Shown here piece by piece: positions 37,040 through 60,999 of a stretch of DNA of 64,000 nucleotides. Each line of letters opens with the position of its first letter. Position 1 is the stretch's first letter. The notes beneath the pieces were generated by a model. The model worked only from the letters and a program-made list of their open reading frames with translations. It was not told the DNA's origin and did not search any database. Both the position numbers and the translations under genes were made by a program. The DNA is from Macrostomum lignano (Eukaryota), in assembly GCA_002269645.1 (NCBI GenBank), contig NIVC01004039.1, positions 55,803-119,802 of the forward strand, given 5' to 3'.

Positions 37040-37925
37040 GCTAGACTGCAATCCACCCTCTTCACCCTCTCTATCTAGACTGCAATCCATCCTTCGGACC
37101 CTCACTATCTAGACTGAAATCCGCCCTCCTGACCCTCACTATCTAGACTGAAATCCGCCCTCCTGACCCTCACTATCTAGACTGAAATCCGCCCTCCTGA
37201 CCCTCACTATCTAGACTGAAATCCGCCCTCCTGACCCTCACTATCTAGACTGCAATCCGCCCTCCTGACCCTCACTATCTAGACTGCAATCCGCCCTCCT
37301 GACCCTCACTATCTAGACTGCAATCCACCCTCCTGACCCTCACTATCTAGACTGCAATCCACCCTCCTGACCCTCACTATCTAGACTGCAATCCGCCCTT
37401 CTGACCCTCACTATCTAGACTGAAATCCGCCCTCCTGACCCTCACTATCTAGACTGAAATCCGCCCTCCTGACCCTCACTATCTAGACTGAAACCCGTCC
37501 TCCTGACCCTCACTATCTAGACTGAAACCCGTCCTCCTGACCCTCACTATCTAGACTGAAACCCGTCCTCCTGACCCTCACTATCTAGACTGAAACCCGT
37601 CCTCCTGACCCTCACTATCTAGACTGAAACCCGTCCTCCTGACCCTCACTATCTAGACTGAAACCCGTCCTCCTGACCCTCACTATCTAGACTGAAACCC
37701 GTCCTCCTGACCCTCACTATCTAGACTGAAACCCGTCCTCCTGACCCTCACTATCTAGACTGAAACCCGTCCTCCTGACCCTCACTATCTAGACTGAAAC
37801 CCGTCCTCCTGACCCTCACTATCTAGACTGAAACCCGTCCTCCTGACCCTCACTATCTAGACTGAAACCCGTCCTCCTGACCCTCACTATCTAGACTGAA
37901 ACCCGTCCTCCTGACCCTCACCAGA
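37040..37925. repeat. 34-bp minisatellite (TATCTAGACTGAAATCCGCCCTCCTGACCCTCAC)n
   Basis: About 26 units; the variants are arranged in blocks. Confidence 0.97.
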
Positions 37926-38577
37926 CTGTAATGCCCCTTCTCTGCCCAAGCTACTTGTATGCATAGTTTTTTACTTTTACCACTTCGTTCATAAATTATA
38001 CTATGAAAAATAGCTCACAAAAGTCATTGCACACTAAAAGCTAAGTTCTCACACAAAATGTTTGTCGCGGGTAACTTTGTCGGTCTTCTACTAGCCAATG
38101 AATAGTATTTGAGCTCCAATTTAAGAGAGCATTCACGACTTGAAAAGCGTGACAGGATGCGAGAGCCAGACGAAAGAGGCTCAGGCTTGAGGGTTGCCGC
38201 TTTTAGAGCGAATAGAAAGTATTTTTAAATCTTCGTTCACAAGCTTGGCTTCTACTGTATACTTTTGGAAGATTATTAGGTTGTAGCTGAACTTAATTCA
38301 TCAGCCTCGTTGCTGCGATCAACGGATTCAATCAGTGAATCAACTTGTCAATCAGTGAACTTTTAAATGTAATAAAAATTCCTAGACTTTCTCTACTAGA
38401 GAATCTGGAAATTCTGACTGACTAGGATTCTTTTGTCCATTTCTACCATACCTGGGAGCTCACTTCCTTGGGGTAATTCGCTTTGTAAAGTAATTTAGCT
38501 AGCTCTCATGTATTCGCATTCATCTGCATTTGATCACCGCACACTGTGAGTGCAGGATTAGAAATCCCGAAAGAGTG

Positions 38578-38790
38578 ATTGTGCAGGATTGATTATGTCT
38601 ATGGCCAAACCTCCTCCGGAGCGTGCAGGATTGATTATGTCTATGGCCAAACCTCCCCCGGAGCGTGCAGGATTGATTATGTCTATGGCCAAACCTCCCC
38701 CGGAGCGTGCAGGATTGATTATGTCTATGGCCAAACCTCGGGCCCGGAGCGTACAGGATTGATTATATCTATGGTTAAACCTCGGCCCCG
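38578..38790. repeat. 42-bp short array (GCGTGCAGGATTGATTATGTCTATGGCCAAACCTCCCCCGGA); degenerate units resume after the SINE at about 39155-39225
   Basis: Direct reading. Confidence 0.85.
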
Positions 38791-38844
38791 GAGCGTGTGG
38801 GATTTTTTTATTAGAGGCAGGGGGTTGTGTGCACCCTGGCGTAC

Positions 38845-39153
38845 TTTAAGCGACATTGTCGCACAACCGGCGAGAGGCATTGCTGCTCATTCCGCCGACT
38901 CCCCTGAGAAGGCACACAAGCGCGCGGATACGTACGAAGTCATACGCACAGGCACACACTCACACAGGAGTGTACAGCGGCCCTAACTTTATTCATCGTT
39001 TATCGGGGTTTGGCCCTCAAGGCCGTTAGTTGCACGAGCAGAGCCAAGCCGGGGTTCCAATTTAGCCCCAATTCAATGTGACTGCACTTGGAATCGAGCC
39101 TGGGGTCGCTGGCACATCAGAGCGCCGCGCCAGACCACTGGGCTACGACCCCC
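38845..39153 (-). mobile_element. tRNA-derived SINE, copy 2
   Basis: Reverse complement aligns end to end with 18187-18509 (A box GTAGCCCAGTGG, B box GGCTCGATTCC, same body), with scattered substitutions and indels. Confidence 0.9.
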
Positions 39154-39755
39154 TGCGTGCGGGTTTGATTTCGCCTATGGCCAAACCACCCGAGATAGTG
39201 CAGGATTGATTATGTCCATGGGTTAGCCTCATCAGACTCAGGCTCTCGCAAGGCTCTCTCTGTCTATATTATCAATGAAAAGCTTTCATTCCAGTAGTCA
39301 TTTGGCCATTGGTTGTCATGTAATTAATTTACCAGTGCTAAAGCTAAATTATTCTATGATATTGTCAGCCAATAAGAATGGATGAGAAGCCACCGGCACA
39401 TTTTGAGCAGCTGAGCATTCACTCTAGCTTTTCAATTTAAGTCCTCCCAGATGCGCACAATCCCGCCAATAAATAACTCAACGACATTCAATAGCAGAGA
39501 ATTTTTCGCTAAAGAAAAAAAGAGTAACAGGCCATAATAAAACTTTTGCCTGAAAGGCGATTTCAGATACCCGACAGATAGCATCTGCTATCCGCACCGC
39601 TGCCAACGGGAAGGCAAAGTCAAGCAAGTCACAATACATACGACTCAGGCTTCACCTACACAGTATCTGGGATAAATAGAGAGAAAGTCATCCGTTCCCC
39701 CTTCAACTCCGGCTGCGATGCCAAAAGATTAATTGGCCTTGCCGTGCGACCGTCG

Positions 39756-39757
<2 letters not shown>

Positions 39758-39816
<59 letters not shown>
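39758..39816. repeat. (GA)n about 90 bp upstream of the BAMBI-like ATG
   Basis: Direct reading; possible promoter or 5' UTR GAGA element. Confidence 0.95.
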
Positions 39817-39817
<1 letters not shown>

Positions 39818-39903
39818 CACAGCAGCAGCAATCTATTAAAAAGCGGAGCAGCAGAGAAGGATCAGATTCAATCATTCTTAGAATTCCCAGCTGCGGAGAC
39901 CCG

Positions 39904-42900
39904 ATGCCGAGACCAACCAGTTCCAGGCTGATGCACCTGCTGGCAGTGCTCATCGTCGGCTGCGGCGCCTCAGCCCTACTCTGTGAGTCCTGGAAGCTCA
40001 ACCCTCAAAAAATGCTTTAAATCTCAGCTTGGGAGAAGTTGCATAGAGGACGCTGTTTCCGCTAGGTGGACTTGCAAGATTTCCTGTCGCACAGCTCAAC
40101 CAAGGCGTGAGACATACCTTCACCTCTGGCTTTACTCTGTAGAATTAAGGAACAGGATTAGAATGGTGCAGATCGCTTGGTTCCTGAGGCTGGTATGCGA
40201 GGGCGGCCAGGCGTGAGAGAGTATAGGAATGTCTGCGCGGGAGGTGAGCCATCTTTGTTAAGAGTCGCTGACGCCCTGTAGAGTTTGTGTTTCTGCTGAA
40301 TTTTGTCACGGCGGCTGCTTCAGCACCTCTCTCAGCCCCGGCTCGCTCTCCGGCTCATGCTATTGAACAGGCTGCCGTGCAAAGTTAATGGAGAAGCTCT
40401 GGGAAAGCAGTTCAGAGAGGAGTTGAGAAGTAGGGACCGAGAGCAGTGCTCTCTTGGCTAGGGTGGGTCGGGCGGGTGGCATCCGCTTAGCGGAAGACGG
40501 CTTGGAAGGCTTGGGCTCCCTGCCTGATGCAAGCTGGCGCTCTGCGGCCGGTCTTCTTCTTTTTCTGTGTTTCTTTCTTTTGCTTCGTCTCTCTTTTTGG
40601 CTCATTTGTCTCGTTGTTCTTGCTTTGCAGCACCCTCCACACTGCAGCACCCTCCACACTGCAGCACCCTCCTATCCTACAGCACCCTCCTATCCTACAG
40701 CACCCTTCAATCCTACAGCACCCTTCAATCCTACAGCACTCTCCTATCCTCACAGCACCCTCCTATCCTACAGCACCCTCCTATCCCCACAGCACCCTCC
40801 TATCCCCACAGCACCCTCCTATCCCCACAGCACCCTCCTATCCCCACAGCACCCTCCTATCCCCACAGCACCCTCCTATCCCCACAGCACCCTCCTATCC
40901 CCACAGCACCCTCCTATCCTACAGCACCCTCCTATCCCCACAGCACCTTCCTATCCCCACAGCACCCTCCTATCCCCACAGCACCCTCCTATCCCCACAG
41001 CACCCTCCTATCCCCACAGCACCCTCCTATCCCCACAGCACCCTCCTATCCCCACAGCACCCTCCTATCCTACAGCACCCTCCTATCCCCACAGCACCCT
41101 CCTATCCTACAGCACCCTCCTATCCCCACAGCACCCTCCTATCCCCACAGCACCCTCCTATCCCCACAGCACCCTCCTATCCCCACAGCACCCTCCTATC
41201 CCCACAGCACCCTCCTATCCCCACAGCACCCTCCTATCCCCACAGCACCCTCCTATCCCCACAGCACCCTCCTATCCCCACAGCACCCTCCTATCCCCAC
41301 AGCACCCTCCTATCCCCACAGCACCCTCCTATCCCCACAGCACCCTCCTATCCCCACAGCACCCTCCTATTCTTTTCTCGCTACTCGCTAGTAGTCAGTC
41401 TATAATTCAGCATCCTTCGATGTATCTTCAGCAAACTCGGCAGGATTCGAACCCACGACCTGCGCCTGCACAACCTCGGACTGCATCGGGGCGGGCACGG
41501 ACATCTGCCGAGCTCCGCAGCTCTGCTACAGCCGGCTGAAGGCATTCAGCGGAGGCTCGCCAGAACCGCTTGACAAAGGCTGCGTGCTCAGCAGCAAGGA
41601 TCAGGAAGCCTGCAGTCTAGACGAGCCTGTGAAGGACTCGGAAGGGGCCTTCCTGGTCTGCTGCTCGGGCTCCTGGTGCAACAGCAAGCTGTCTGAGATG
41701 ATGCCCACCCTGCCGGGCCAAACCGGTGAGTGGCGCCTGACCAAATGCATAGCCCGACTGGTCCTTAGCTGACAGAATGCATAGCCCGACTGGTCCTTAG
41801 CTGACAGAATGCATATCCCGACTGGTCCTTAGCTGACAGAATGCATAGCCCGACTGGTCCTTAGCTGACAGAATGCATAGCCCGACTGGTCCTTAGCTGA
41901 CAGAATGCTCAGCCCGACTGGTCCTTAGCTGACAGAATGCTCAGCCCGACTTGTCCTTAGCTGACAGAATGCATATCCCGACTGGTCCTTAGCTGACAGA
42001 ATGCATATCCCGACTTGTCCTTAGCTGACAGAATGCATAGCCCGACTGGTCCTTAGCTGACAGAATGCTTAGCCCGACTGGTCCTTAGCTGACAGAATGC
42101 TTAGCCCGACTGGTCCTTAGCTGACAGAATGCTTAGCCCGACTGGTCCTTAGCTGACAGAATGCTTAGCCCGACTGGTCCTTAGCTGGCAGAATGCATAG
42201 CGTGACTGGTCCTTAGCTGGCAGAATGCATAGCGTGACTGGTCGTTAGTCGGCAGAATGCATAACCTGGCCTGTCCTTAGCTGACAGAATGCTTAGCCCG
42301 ACTTGTCCTTAGCTGACAGAATGCTTAGCTCGACTGGTCCTTAGCTGACAGAATGCTTAGCCCGACTGGTCCTTAGCTGACAGAATGCTTAGCCCGACTG
42401 GTCCTTAGCTGACAGAATGCTTAGCCCGACTGGTCCTTAGCTGACAGAATGCTCAGCCCGACTTGTCCTTAGCTGACAGAATGCTTAGCCCGACTGGTCC
42501 TTAGCTGACAGAATGCTCAGCCCGACTTGTCCGCCCTTCCGCCAGCCGTCTCAGGCCAAGGCCAGGCTCTGCACTCAACAGTCCCAAAGCAGATTCTGCA
42601 GCCATCTGCAACACCAGCGATGACGTCTCCCACTGCAGCAAGCAGCGGCACCTCGGCGTCAACCACGGAGACTCTGCAGCAGCTGCGGCATCGCCGACCG
42701 ATTCCGCAGTCGCCGAGAGTTGCCGACGGCAGTCTGGACGGCAGCGCGGCAATCTTGGCCACCGGAGTGACCGCGGTGCTGCTGGGCATAACTGTGGCAG
42801 TCGCCGCTGCTGCCCTGCTGGTCCTGCTGGTCAGGCGTCGCCAACAAAGCCGGCGGCATCAACGACACGACCGGAGTCGGGAGGCCGAGCTGGAGGCCGC

Positions 42901-43042
42901 TGCCCAGCAGCTGCCGATGCCGGAGTCGCCGACTCTGTCGCAGTTGGCTCAGTTTGACCTGCACTACAGGAACAGCCTGGCGGAGCAGCTCTGCTCACCG
43001 CTGCCAGCACGGACTCAAGCCAAGCTGGATGCGGTCTATTGA
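39904..43042 (+). CDS. BAMBI: BAMBI-like TGF-beta/activin type-I pseudoreceptor without kinase; exons 39904-39982, 41432-41725, 42546-43042; about 289 aa
   Basis: Signal peptide; 10-Cys ectodomain TCACTTSDCIGAGTDICRAPQLCYSRL...PLDKGC...CS...LVCCSGSWCN, matching the BAMBI pattern (CFSRL, PLTHGC, CC..MCN); S/T/P stalk; TM; short tail ending AKLDAVY*. All junctions are phase 1 GT-AG. Orthology is judged by eye. Confidence 0.8.
40625..41370. repeat. 18/19-bp minisatellite (CACCCTCCTATCCCCACAG)n in BAMBI-like intron 1, about 38 copies
   Basis: Direct periodicity. Confidence 0.97.
41745..42530. repeat. 32-bp minisatellite (CCCGACTGGTCCTTAGCTGACAGAATGCTTAG)n filling BAMBI-like intron 2
   Basis: About 24 units running from just after the donor to just before the acceptor. 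Confidence 0.97.
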
Positions 43043-43729
43043 ATCAGATTGGCCTGCCCCGTCTTAGTCTACTATTCTCCTTAGTGTAAATCAATCACAA
43101 AATAGCGTATAAAATTCAGCAATGTTTACAAAGCTACTATAAGTAGTTTAAAAGATGCGAATTTGAATTTTTTAGCAAAAATGAACTAATTTAATCGTAT
43201 GTAAATAATTTATATGCCAATAAATTGGAAATATAACGTCAATTATGTTTTCTAGTCATATCGAAATTATTGTGTTTGTTATAATAAAGATGTTGGAAAT
43301 TTACAGAAAATATCCCGTCTCGCTGATGAATTTTGAAGCTCCAGCGAAATTTGCACGAATTGAGAGTGTAGTTAAAATTTAATTGGAACGAAGAGGGTAG
43401 AGAACATCGAGAGACCTGCTTGACCATCTCTTGAACTCATTCTGAACAATTTCTGCAGGTGCTGCATGACGCACTGTGGTGATTAAATATGCAGACCACC
43501 CTTGCTCATGCAAATTTTATCGATTTAAATGTGTGGTGAATGCAAATTCATTTAGATAGCAATCTGCACCAGTGTTTTGTAGCAGCCGACCTGAGCCCAC
43601 TGTCTGGCACGATATTGTTGTGTCTTGTCAGAGCTGCGCGTGAATCATGTGGACACATCTCTTTAGCGTGGACAAAAGCACTAAATGAGGACACAAACAA
43701 TCACTTAATGATGTCAGACACAGCACTAA

Positions 43730-44795
43730 ATGAGGTCAGACACAAGCACTAAATGAGGACAAAAACAAGCACTAAACGAGGACACAAACAAGCACTAAAT
43801 GAGGGCGCAAACGCTAAGCGAAGACACAAGCAAGCCCTTAAACGAAGACAACAAACAAGTACTAAATGAGGACACACACAAGTACTAAATGAGGACACAA
43901 GCAGGCACTAAATGAGGTCACAGACAAGTACTAAATGAGGTCACACACAAGTACTAAATAAGGACACAAGCAGGCACTAAATGAGGTCACAGACAAGTAC
44001 TAAATGAGGTCACACACAAGTACTAAATGAGGACACACACAAGTACTAAATGAGGTCACACACAAGTACTAAATGAGGACACACACAAGTACTAAATGAG
44101 GTCACACACAAGTACTAAATGAGGACACAAGCAGGCACTAAATGAGGTCACAGACAAGTACTAAATGAGGTCACACACAAGTACTAAATAAGGACACAAG
44201 CAGGCACTAAATGAGGTCACAGACAAGTACTAAATGAGGTCACACACAAGTACTAAATGAGGACACACACAAGTACTAAATGAGGACACACACAAGTACT
44301 AAATGAGGTCACACACAAGTACTAAATGAGGACACACACAAGTACTAAATGAGGTCACACACAAGTACTAAATGAGGACACAGACAAGTACTAAATGAGG
44401 TCACACACAAGTACTAAATGAGGACACAAGCAGGCACTAAATGAAGACACACAAGTACTAAATGAGGACACACACAAGTACTAAATGAGGACACACACAA
44501 GTACTAAATGAGGTCAGACACAAGCACTAAATGAGGACACAAGCAGGCACTAAATGAGGACACACACAAGTACTAAATGAGGACACAGACAAGTACTAAA
44601 TGAGGTCACACACAAGTATTAAATGAGGACACAGACAAGTACTAAATGAGGTCACACACAAGTACTAAATGAGGTCACAGACAAGTACTAAATGAGGACA
44701 CAGACAAGTACTAAATGAGGTCACACACAAGTACTAAATGAGGACACAGACAAGTACTAAATGAGGACACACACAAGTACTAAATAAGGACACAA
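43730..44795. repeat. About 23-bp minisatellite (GTACTAAATGAGGACACACACAA)n
   Basis: Direct periodicity; degenerate 5' edge. Confidence 0.96.
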
Positions 44796-45214
44796 ACAAG
44801 CACAAATTATAATGATTTAAAGCCACCAGTGTATTGCCATGGGTTCCAACTAATATATTTACAGAACACTTGCTTATGTCATCATAATAATGTATGGAAT
44901 TCCGATAAAAATTGAAACTGTGTGTACAGCCACTCGTAGAAATCGCAGATAAGAATTTTAGCAAAGAAATAACGCCAACGGAAATTAGTTCACACGGTAC
45001 GCTGCTCAGGAAAATTTGTTAGGGCAACGAGAAGCTGACTGGGCGAGAGCAATGATGATGGGCTTAACTTCGAATACTCTTCTTCTGGGTGCCGAATAAA
45101 TAACTGATTTGCTAATTTATGATCAAGTGTACGATTGCACTGCGGCTGAATAAAAGGGAAGGCACTCTGGGCAGATCTCTCGCCCTTCTCAGGCTTGTTC
45201 AGATTCTCGAATTG

Positions 45215-45800
45215 ACTCAGAACCTGACTCAGAATCTCACTCAGAATCTCACTCGGAATCTCACTCAGAATCTCACTCAGAATCTCACTCGGAATCTCAC
45301 TCGGAATCTCACTCGGAATCTCACTCAGAATCTCGCTCGGAATCTCACTCGGAATCTCACTCGGAATCTCACTCGGAATCTCACTCGGAATCTCACTCGG
45401 AATCTCACTCGGAATCTCACTCGGAATCTCACTCAGAATCTCGCTCGGAATCTCACTCGGAATCTCACTCAGAATCTCACTCAGAATCTCACTCGGAATC
45501 TCACTCGGAATCTCACTCAGAATCTCACTCAGAATCTCACTCGGAATCTCACTCAGAATCTCACTCAGAATCTCACTCGGAATCTCACTCAGAATCTCAA
45601 TCAGAATTTCAATCAGAATCTCATTCAGAAGAATCTCACTCAGAATCTACTCACTCGGAATCTCACTCAAGCTCATAAGCAAGTCTCACACCAAATGTCA
45701 TGCTAAATCTCACTCCGAATCTCACTCTAAATCTCACTCTAAATCTCACCTCAAATCTTACTTTAAATCACACCTCGAATCTCACTCTAAATCTCACCCC
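45215..45800. repeat. 12-bp minisatellite (ACTC[A/G]GAATCTC)n next to the CUB gene stop codon
   Basis: Explains the false TQNL/TRNL ORF. Confidence 0.96.
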
Positions 45801-45833
45801 AGATTCTCCTCACAGTCCCAGTGAGAGTCACAG

Positions 45834-57502
<11,669 letters not shown>

Positions 57503-58859
57503 CTCGCTGTCCGAAAAGCTGACCCGGCCAGCACCCAGGCACCAGCAGCAGCAGCAGGAGACTGGAGCCTAAATACCTGACAATTAAGCGCTCCGTTGAT
57601 CCCTCAGAAAAATGTTCAGCAGCCTTTATCAGGACACCCCCAGCTGGCAGCCAGCCTCCTCCCCCAGCTGCATCAATTAGGGATTGGCCGTGATGAGTGG
57701 CCAGCCAATCCCTCCACTGGGTGACTTGAAAGTTTAAAAGAAATGAAAACTCCTTATTGGTTTCTGGAGACTTTAGAATCCCCTTCAAGTTGATTTATAA
57801 CAATGCGCCAGTTCTGTAGCGTCCCATATTTATTTATGGTTTACTGTTATATTAATAAATTATAAATTTGACAAAAAACCAGCAGCGCGTAGCAAATATA
57901 AAACAGCCAGACTGACTACTATTTAACAGTAATACAGTTAGAATCTTACTATTAAAAGTTGATTTAAAAAAAAATAAAATACAAACGCACAGAGTAAAAC
58001 AAATTGGAATTATTTTGTGCGACATGACTTCGATAAAGAAACATCGTGTTTGGAATGTATTAAATAAACACTACGAAATGACAGAACTATTCATTAGAAT
58101 AATTACTTTATTTACAGACTAATTTGTTGAATTAATAAATATTAATAATTTATATAGTGTGCCATGAAAAAATGATTAGAATATTTATTAAAGGTAAAAC
58201 TGTGCGCAAAATTGTACTTTTTTAGCAAATAAAATTAACTGTAAAAGTCCAAATATATATTATGTAAGGTGTATTGCACAGCAAAAATCAGATATGCAAA
58301 GCAAAATTGCACTTTTACTATTGCAATAAGTACACACGAACTTAATTTAAATTCCCCTCGACGACAACCCGATTATTAATTATCAATAGTACCCGTGTTA
58401 CACAATTATTGACAAAATAAAACCACATTTGCGTGTAAGCTACTTACAGTTCAGTAGCAGGCTAAATTAAGAAGCATTTTAAATGTATTTTTAGGGTAAA
58501 AGTCTCATTTATTGGCTCTCTGACCCCCATAGCTTGAATCTCTACTCCCGTCCCACTGAAAATTTTTATTGCGTTCCTCGCTGTGTTTTCTAACCTGCCA
58601 TGTACATTCTCAGTGGCACTGGCTGATGTACATTATGACGGCTTGCGCCGCCAATAGCAAGCTGTTTATTAAGGTCTGCAAGTCACTCCAACTGGCTTTC
58701 TCTTTTCATAAAATAGCTTACGCATTATAACTTACCATACTACTGAACTGAAAGCTAAAGTAGAGAGAAACACTTATAAAAAGCTAATATAATATGCCCA
58801 AGTGGCCCATTTAAGTATAAGATTTATTATCGTTTGACTATTTCATGTTGGCATATGAT

Positions 58860-59210
58860 TTACATACACATGTACATCCATACACATGCACATCTATGCA
58901 CATGTACATCCATACACATGCACATCTATGCACATGTACATCCATGCACATGCACATCTATGCACATGTACATGCATACAAGGCACATCTATGCACATGT
59001 ACATCTATACACATGCACATCTATGCACATGTACATCCATACACATGTACATCCATACACATGTACAGCTATGCACATGCACATCTATGCACATGTACAT
59101 CCATACACATGTACATCTATGCATATGTACATTCATACACATGTACATCTATGTACATGTACATCTATGCACATGTACATCCATACACATGTACAGCTAT
59201 GCACATGTAA
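58860..59210. repeat. ATGTAC/ACATGC-based minisatellite contiguous with the CORE-SINE 3' end
   Basis: Units such as CACATGTACATCTATG. Confidence 0.92.
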
Positions 59211-59448
59211 ATCCATGCGCGGCGCATCTGAAGGCTGCGTACGGCTGTTCAGTCCAAGGACTGGGGGGTCGCCACACACAGCCTCAATTACCCCAGCTAA
59301 TTCTGGCACCCATTTTACAGCTGGGAGAACTGAAGCAATTCAGAGTTAAGTGTCTTGCTCAAGGACACAAATTGTTCCAGTGGAATCGAGAATCGAACCC
59401 CCGACCTTCAAGTAGTGAGTCCGACGCTCTAACCACTAGGCTAACAAT
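59210..59448 (-). mobile_element. CORE-type tRNA-derived SINE
   Basis: Minus strand: A box TAGCCTAGTGG, B box GGTTCGATTC, then TGTGTCCTTGAGCAAGACACTTAACTCTGAATTGCTTCAGTTCTCCCAGCTGTAAAATGGG, which matches the MIR/CORE consensus (CCTTGGGCAAGTCACTTAAC...CTGTAAAATGGG). Confidence 0.88.
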
Positions 59449-59591
59449 TCTAAGAATCCCACTAATTATAGAGTTATTGATATTTCAAATAGTTAAGACA
59501 CGCGCTGTGGCAACACAAGAAGCCACAGTATATAATAAAACTTACTAATAGTAAATCAGCTACTCGAAAACGCACACCCTATGCCTGTGTC

Positions 59592-60404
59592 TTACACGGT
59601 GCTGTCGCCAAACGGGCCACCAGACCGAGCCGTGCTGGCCTTGTAGTCTCCGCTAGTCGGATCATAATAACTGCCCGGTCCCTTGGCCACAGTGGACGGG
59701 CCAGGCAGACCGGACAGTCCCTTGTCCTCCTGGTCGGCCAGCAGGTAGTCCAGCTCGTCCTGGTCCAGGTAGCGAATCACAATGAATGCCACGGTGAACA
59801 GGCTGGCAAAGTTGGCCACGCAGGCGAGGCCATAGGAGAAGCCCAGCCTATTGTGGTCCGGCTTGGGCATCCATTCTCTATCCAGGCTTTTCACTCCGAC
59901 CAAGATTAGCTGAAGCAGCACGCAGAAGGTGGCGAGCGACTGGCAGATGGCGCAGACGCGCAGCAGTTTCCAGTCGGCGGGCTCTCGCAGTACCTGCTTG
60001 TTGATGAATCGGCGACAGGCCAGCCGGCTGATGATCAGAGTGGCCAGCAGCATGCAGATAAGGGCCACAATGCCCATCATTTGCACAGCGTAGAACCATG
60101 GCGGATTCAACCAGGATCGAATGTAATAGTACTCAGGATAGTAGATATACCAGCAGCCAGAATAGGCCTTGGACACGTAGTCCTCTGGGTGAATATAGTT
60201 ATTGAAGCACGACACCCACAGGCCTAGCCTAGTGAATGTACTTTTCATAGCTGGATCGGACTCAATCCAATAGGGCGTGACAAAGGCGACAAGGTAGAGT
60301 ATGGAGCCAACCACTGAGCTGACTAGGCTGCAGCGGAATGGCAGATCGCGCGGCAGCTGGCCATACTGGACTGGCTGCTGGTCATATCCTTGATAGCTGT
60401 GCAT
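59592..60404 (-). CDS. Claudin/PMP22 superfamily tetraspan, invertebrate septate-junction type (Megatrachea/pickel-like); single coding exon, 270 aa
   Basis: TPYWIES..RLGLWVSCF..YSGCWYIYYPEY..IRSWLNPPWF (W-GLW-C-C signature), four hydrophobic segments, C-terminal STV PDZ ligand. Acceptor CTCCAG lies just upstream of the ATG. Confidence 0.9.
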   Translation of the reverse strand: MHSYQGYDQQPVQYGQLPRDLPFRCSLVSSVVGSILYLVAFVTPYWIESDPAMKSTFTRLGLWVSCFNNYIHPEDYVSKAYSGCWYIYYPEYYYIRSWLNPPWFYAVQMMGIVALICMLLATLIISRLACRRFINKQVLREPADWKLLRVCAICQSLATFCVLLQLILVGVKSLDREWMPKPDHNRLGFSYGLACVANFASLFTVAFIVIRYLDQDELDYLLADQEDKGLSGLPGPSTVAKGPGSYYDPTSGDYKASTARSGGPFGDSTV

Positions 60405-60716
60405 TAGCTGGAGCTCTGGAGTATGCAGTGTAAGGAGTCAACATTATACATTATAAACATTATAACTTATGCAAATACAAAAGGGCAGCCTGTCTAAAAG
60501 AAGCTTGAGTCGGATTGGATGTATTACTAAATAAAAGCCATATTTTAAGCAACATAAATTGTTTTAAATTTCAATGTAATTTCTTTTCTATGTTATTTCT
60601 ATGAAATAGAAAGGTCTAGTATACGTAGTCTAGTCTAGTTTAATTATAATATATTGTTTATAATTAAAACATATTATTCATTTTATAAATAATATTTGAC
60701 AGACACATGCTTGGTC

Positions 60717-60868
60717 GCAACCTAGGGAGTCACCCGGCCGTTTCTATTGGCAACACACACATCATTATCGCTATTGGACGAAATAGTAGTCATGTAACTG
60801 CTCTCAGCCAATAGCGACTTACATGTGTGTGTTGCCAATAGAAACGGCCGAGTAATTCCCAAGGTTGT
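60717..60868. mobile_element. About 150-bp foldback element (MITE-like)
   Basis: Arms CAACCTAGGGAGTCACCCGGCCGTTTCTATTGGCAACACACACAT...CGCTATTGG and the reverse complement; about 60-bp imperfect stem; no clean TSD. Confidence 0.7.
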
Positions 60869-60999
60869 GCATGTATGGACAGACATGTTTATAAAATCTA
60901 TTTGATTGTCAACTTGGTTAACTAAAAGAAGTCACAATATTATAAACAAGGGAATTAAAAGCGTTATACTAATCACCACACTCTGCCCTAAAGGATCAT

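Noticed and set aside
40454-41539. Extensin-like Pro/His-rich ORFs
   Set aside because: An 18/19-bp intronic repeat, open in all three plus-strand frames.
58834-59548. His/Met/Cys-rich ORFs
   Set aside because: SINE tail minisatellite plus antisense SINE.
59592-60404. TARP/stargazin ortholog
   Set aside because: The first loop motif (YWIES, GLW, C..YYPEY..IRSWL.PPW) fits septate-junction claudins, and the long TARP-type tail is absent.
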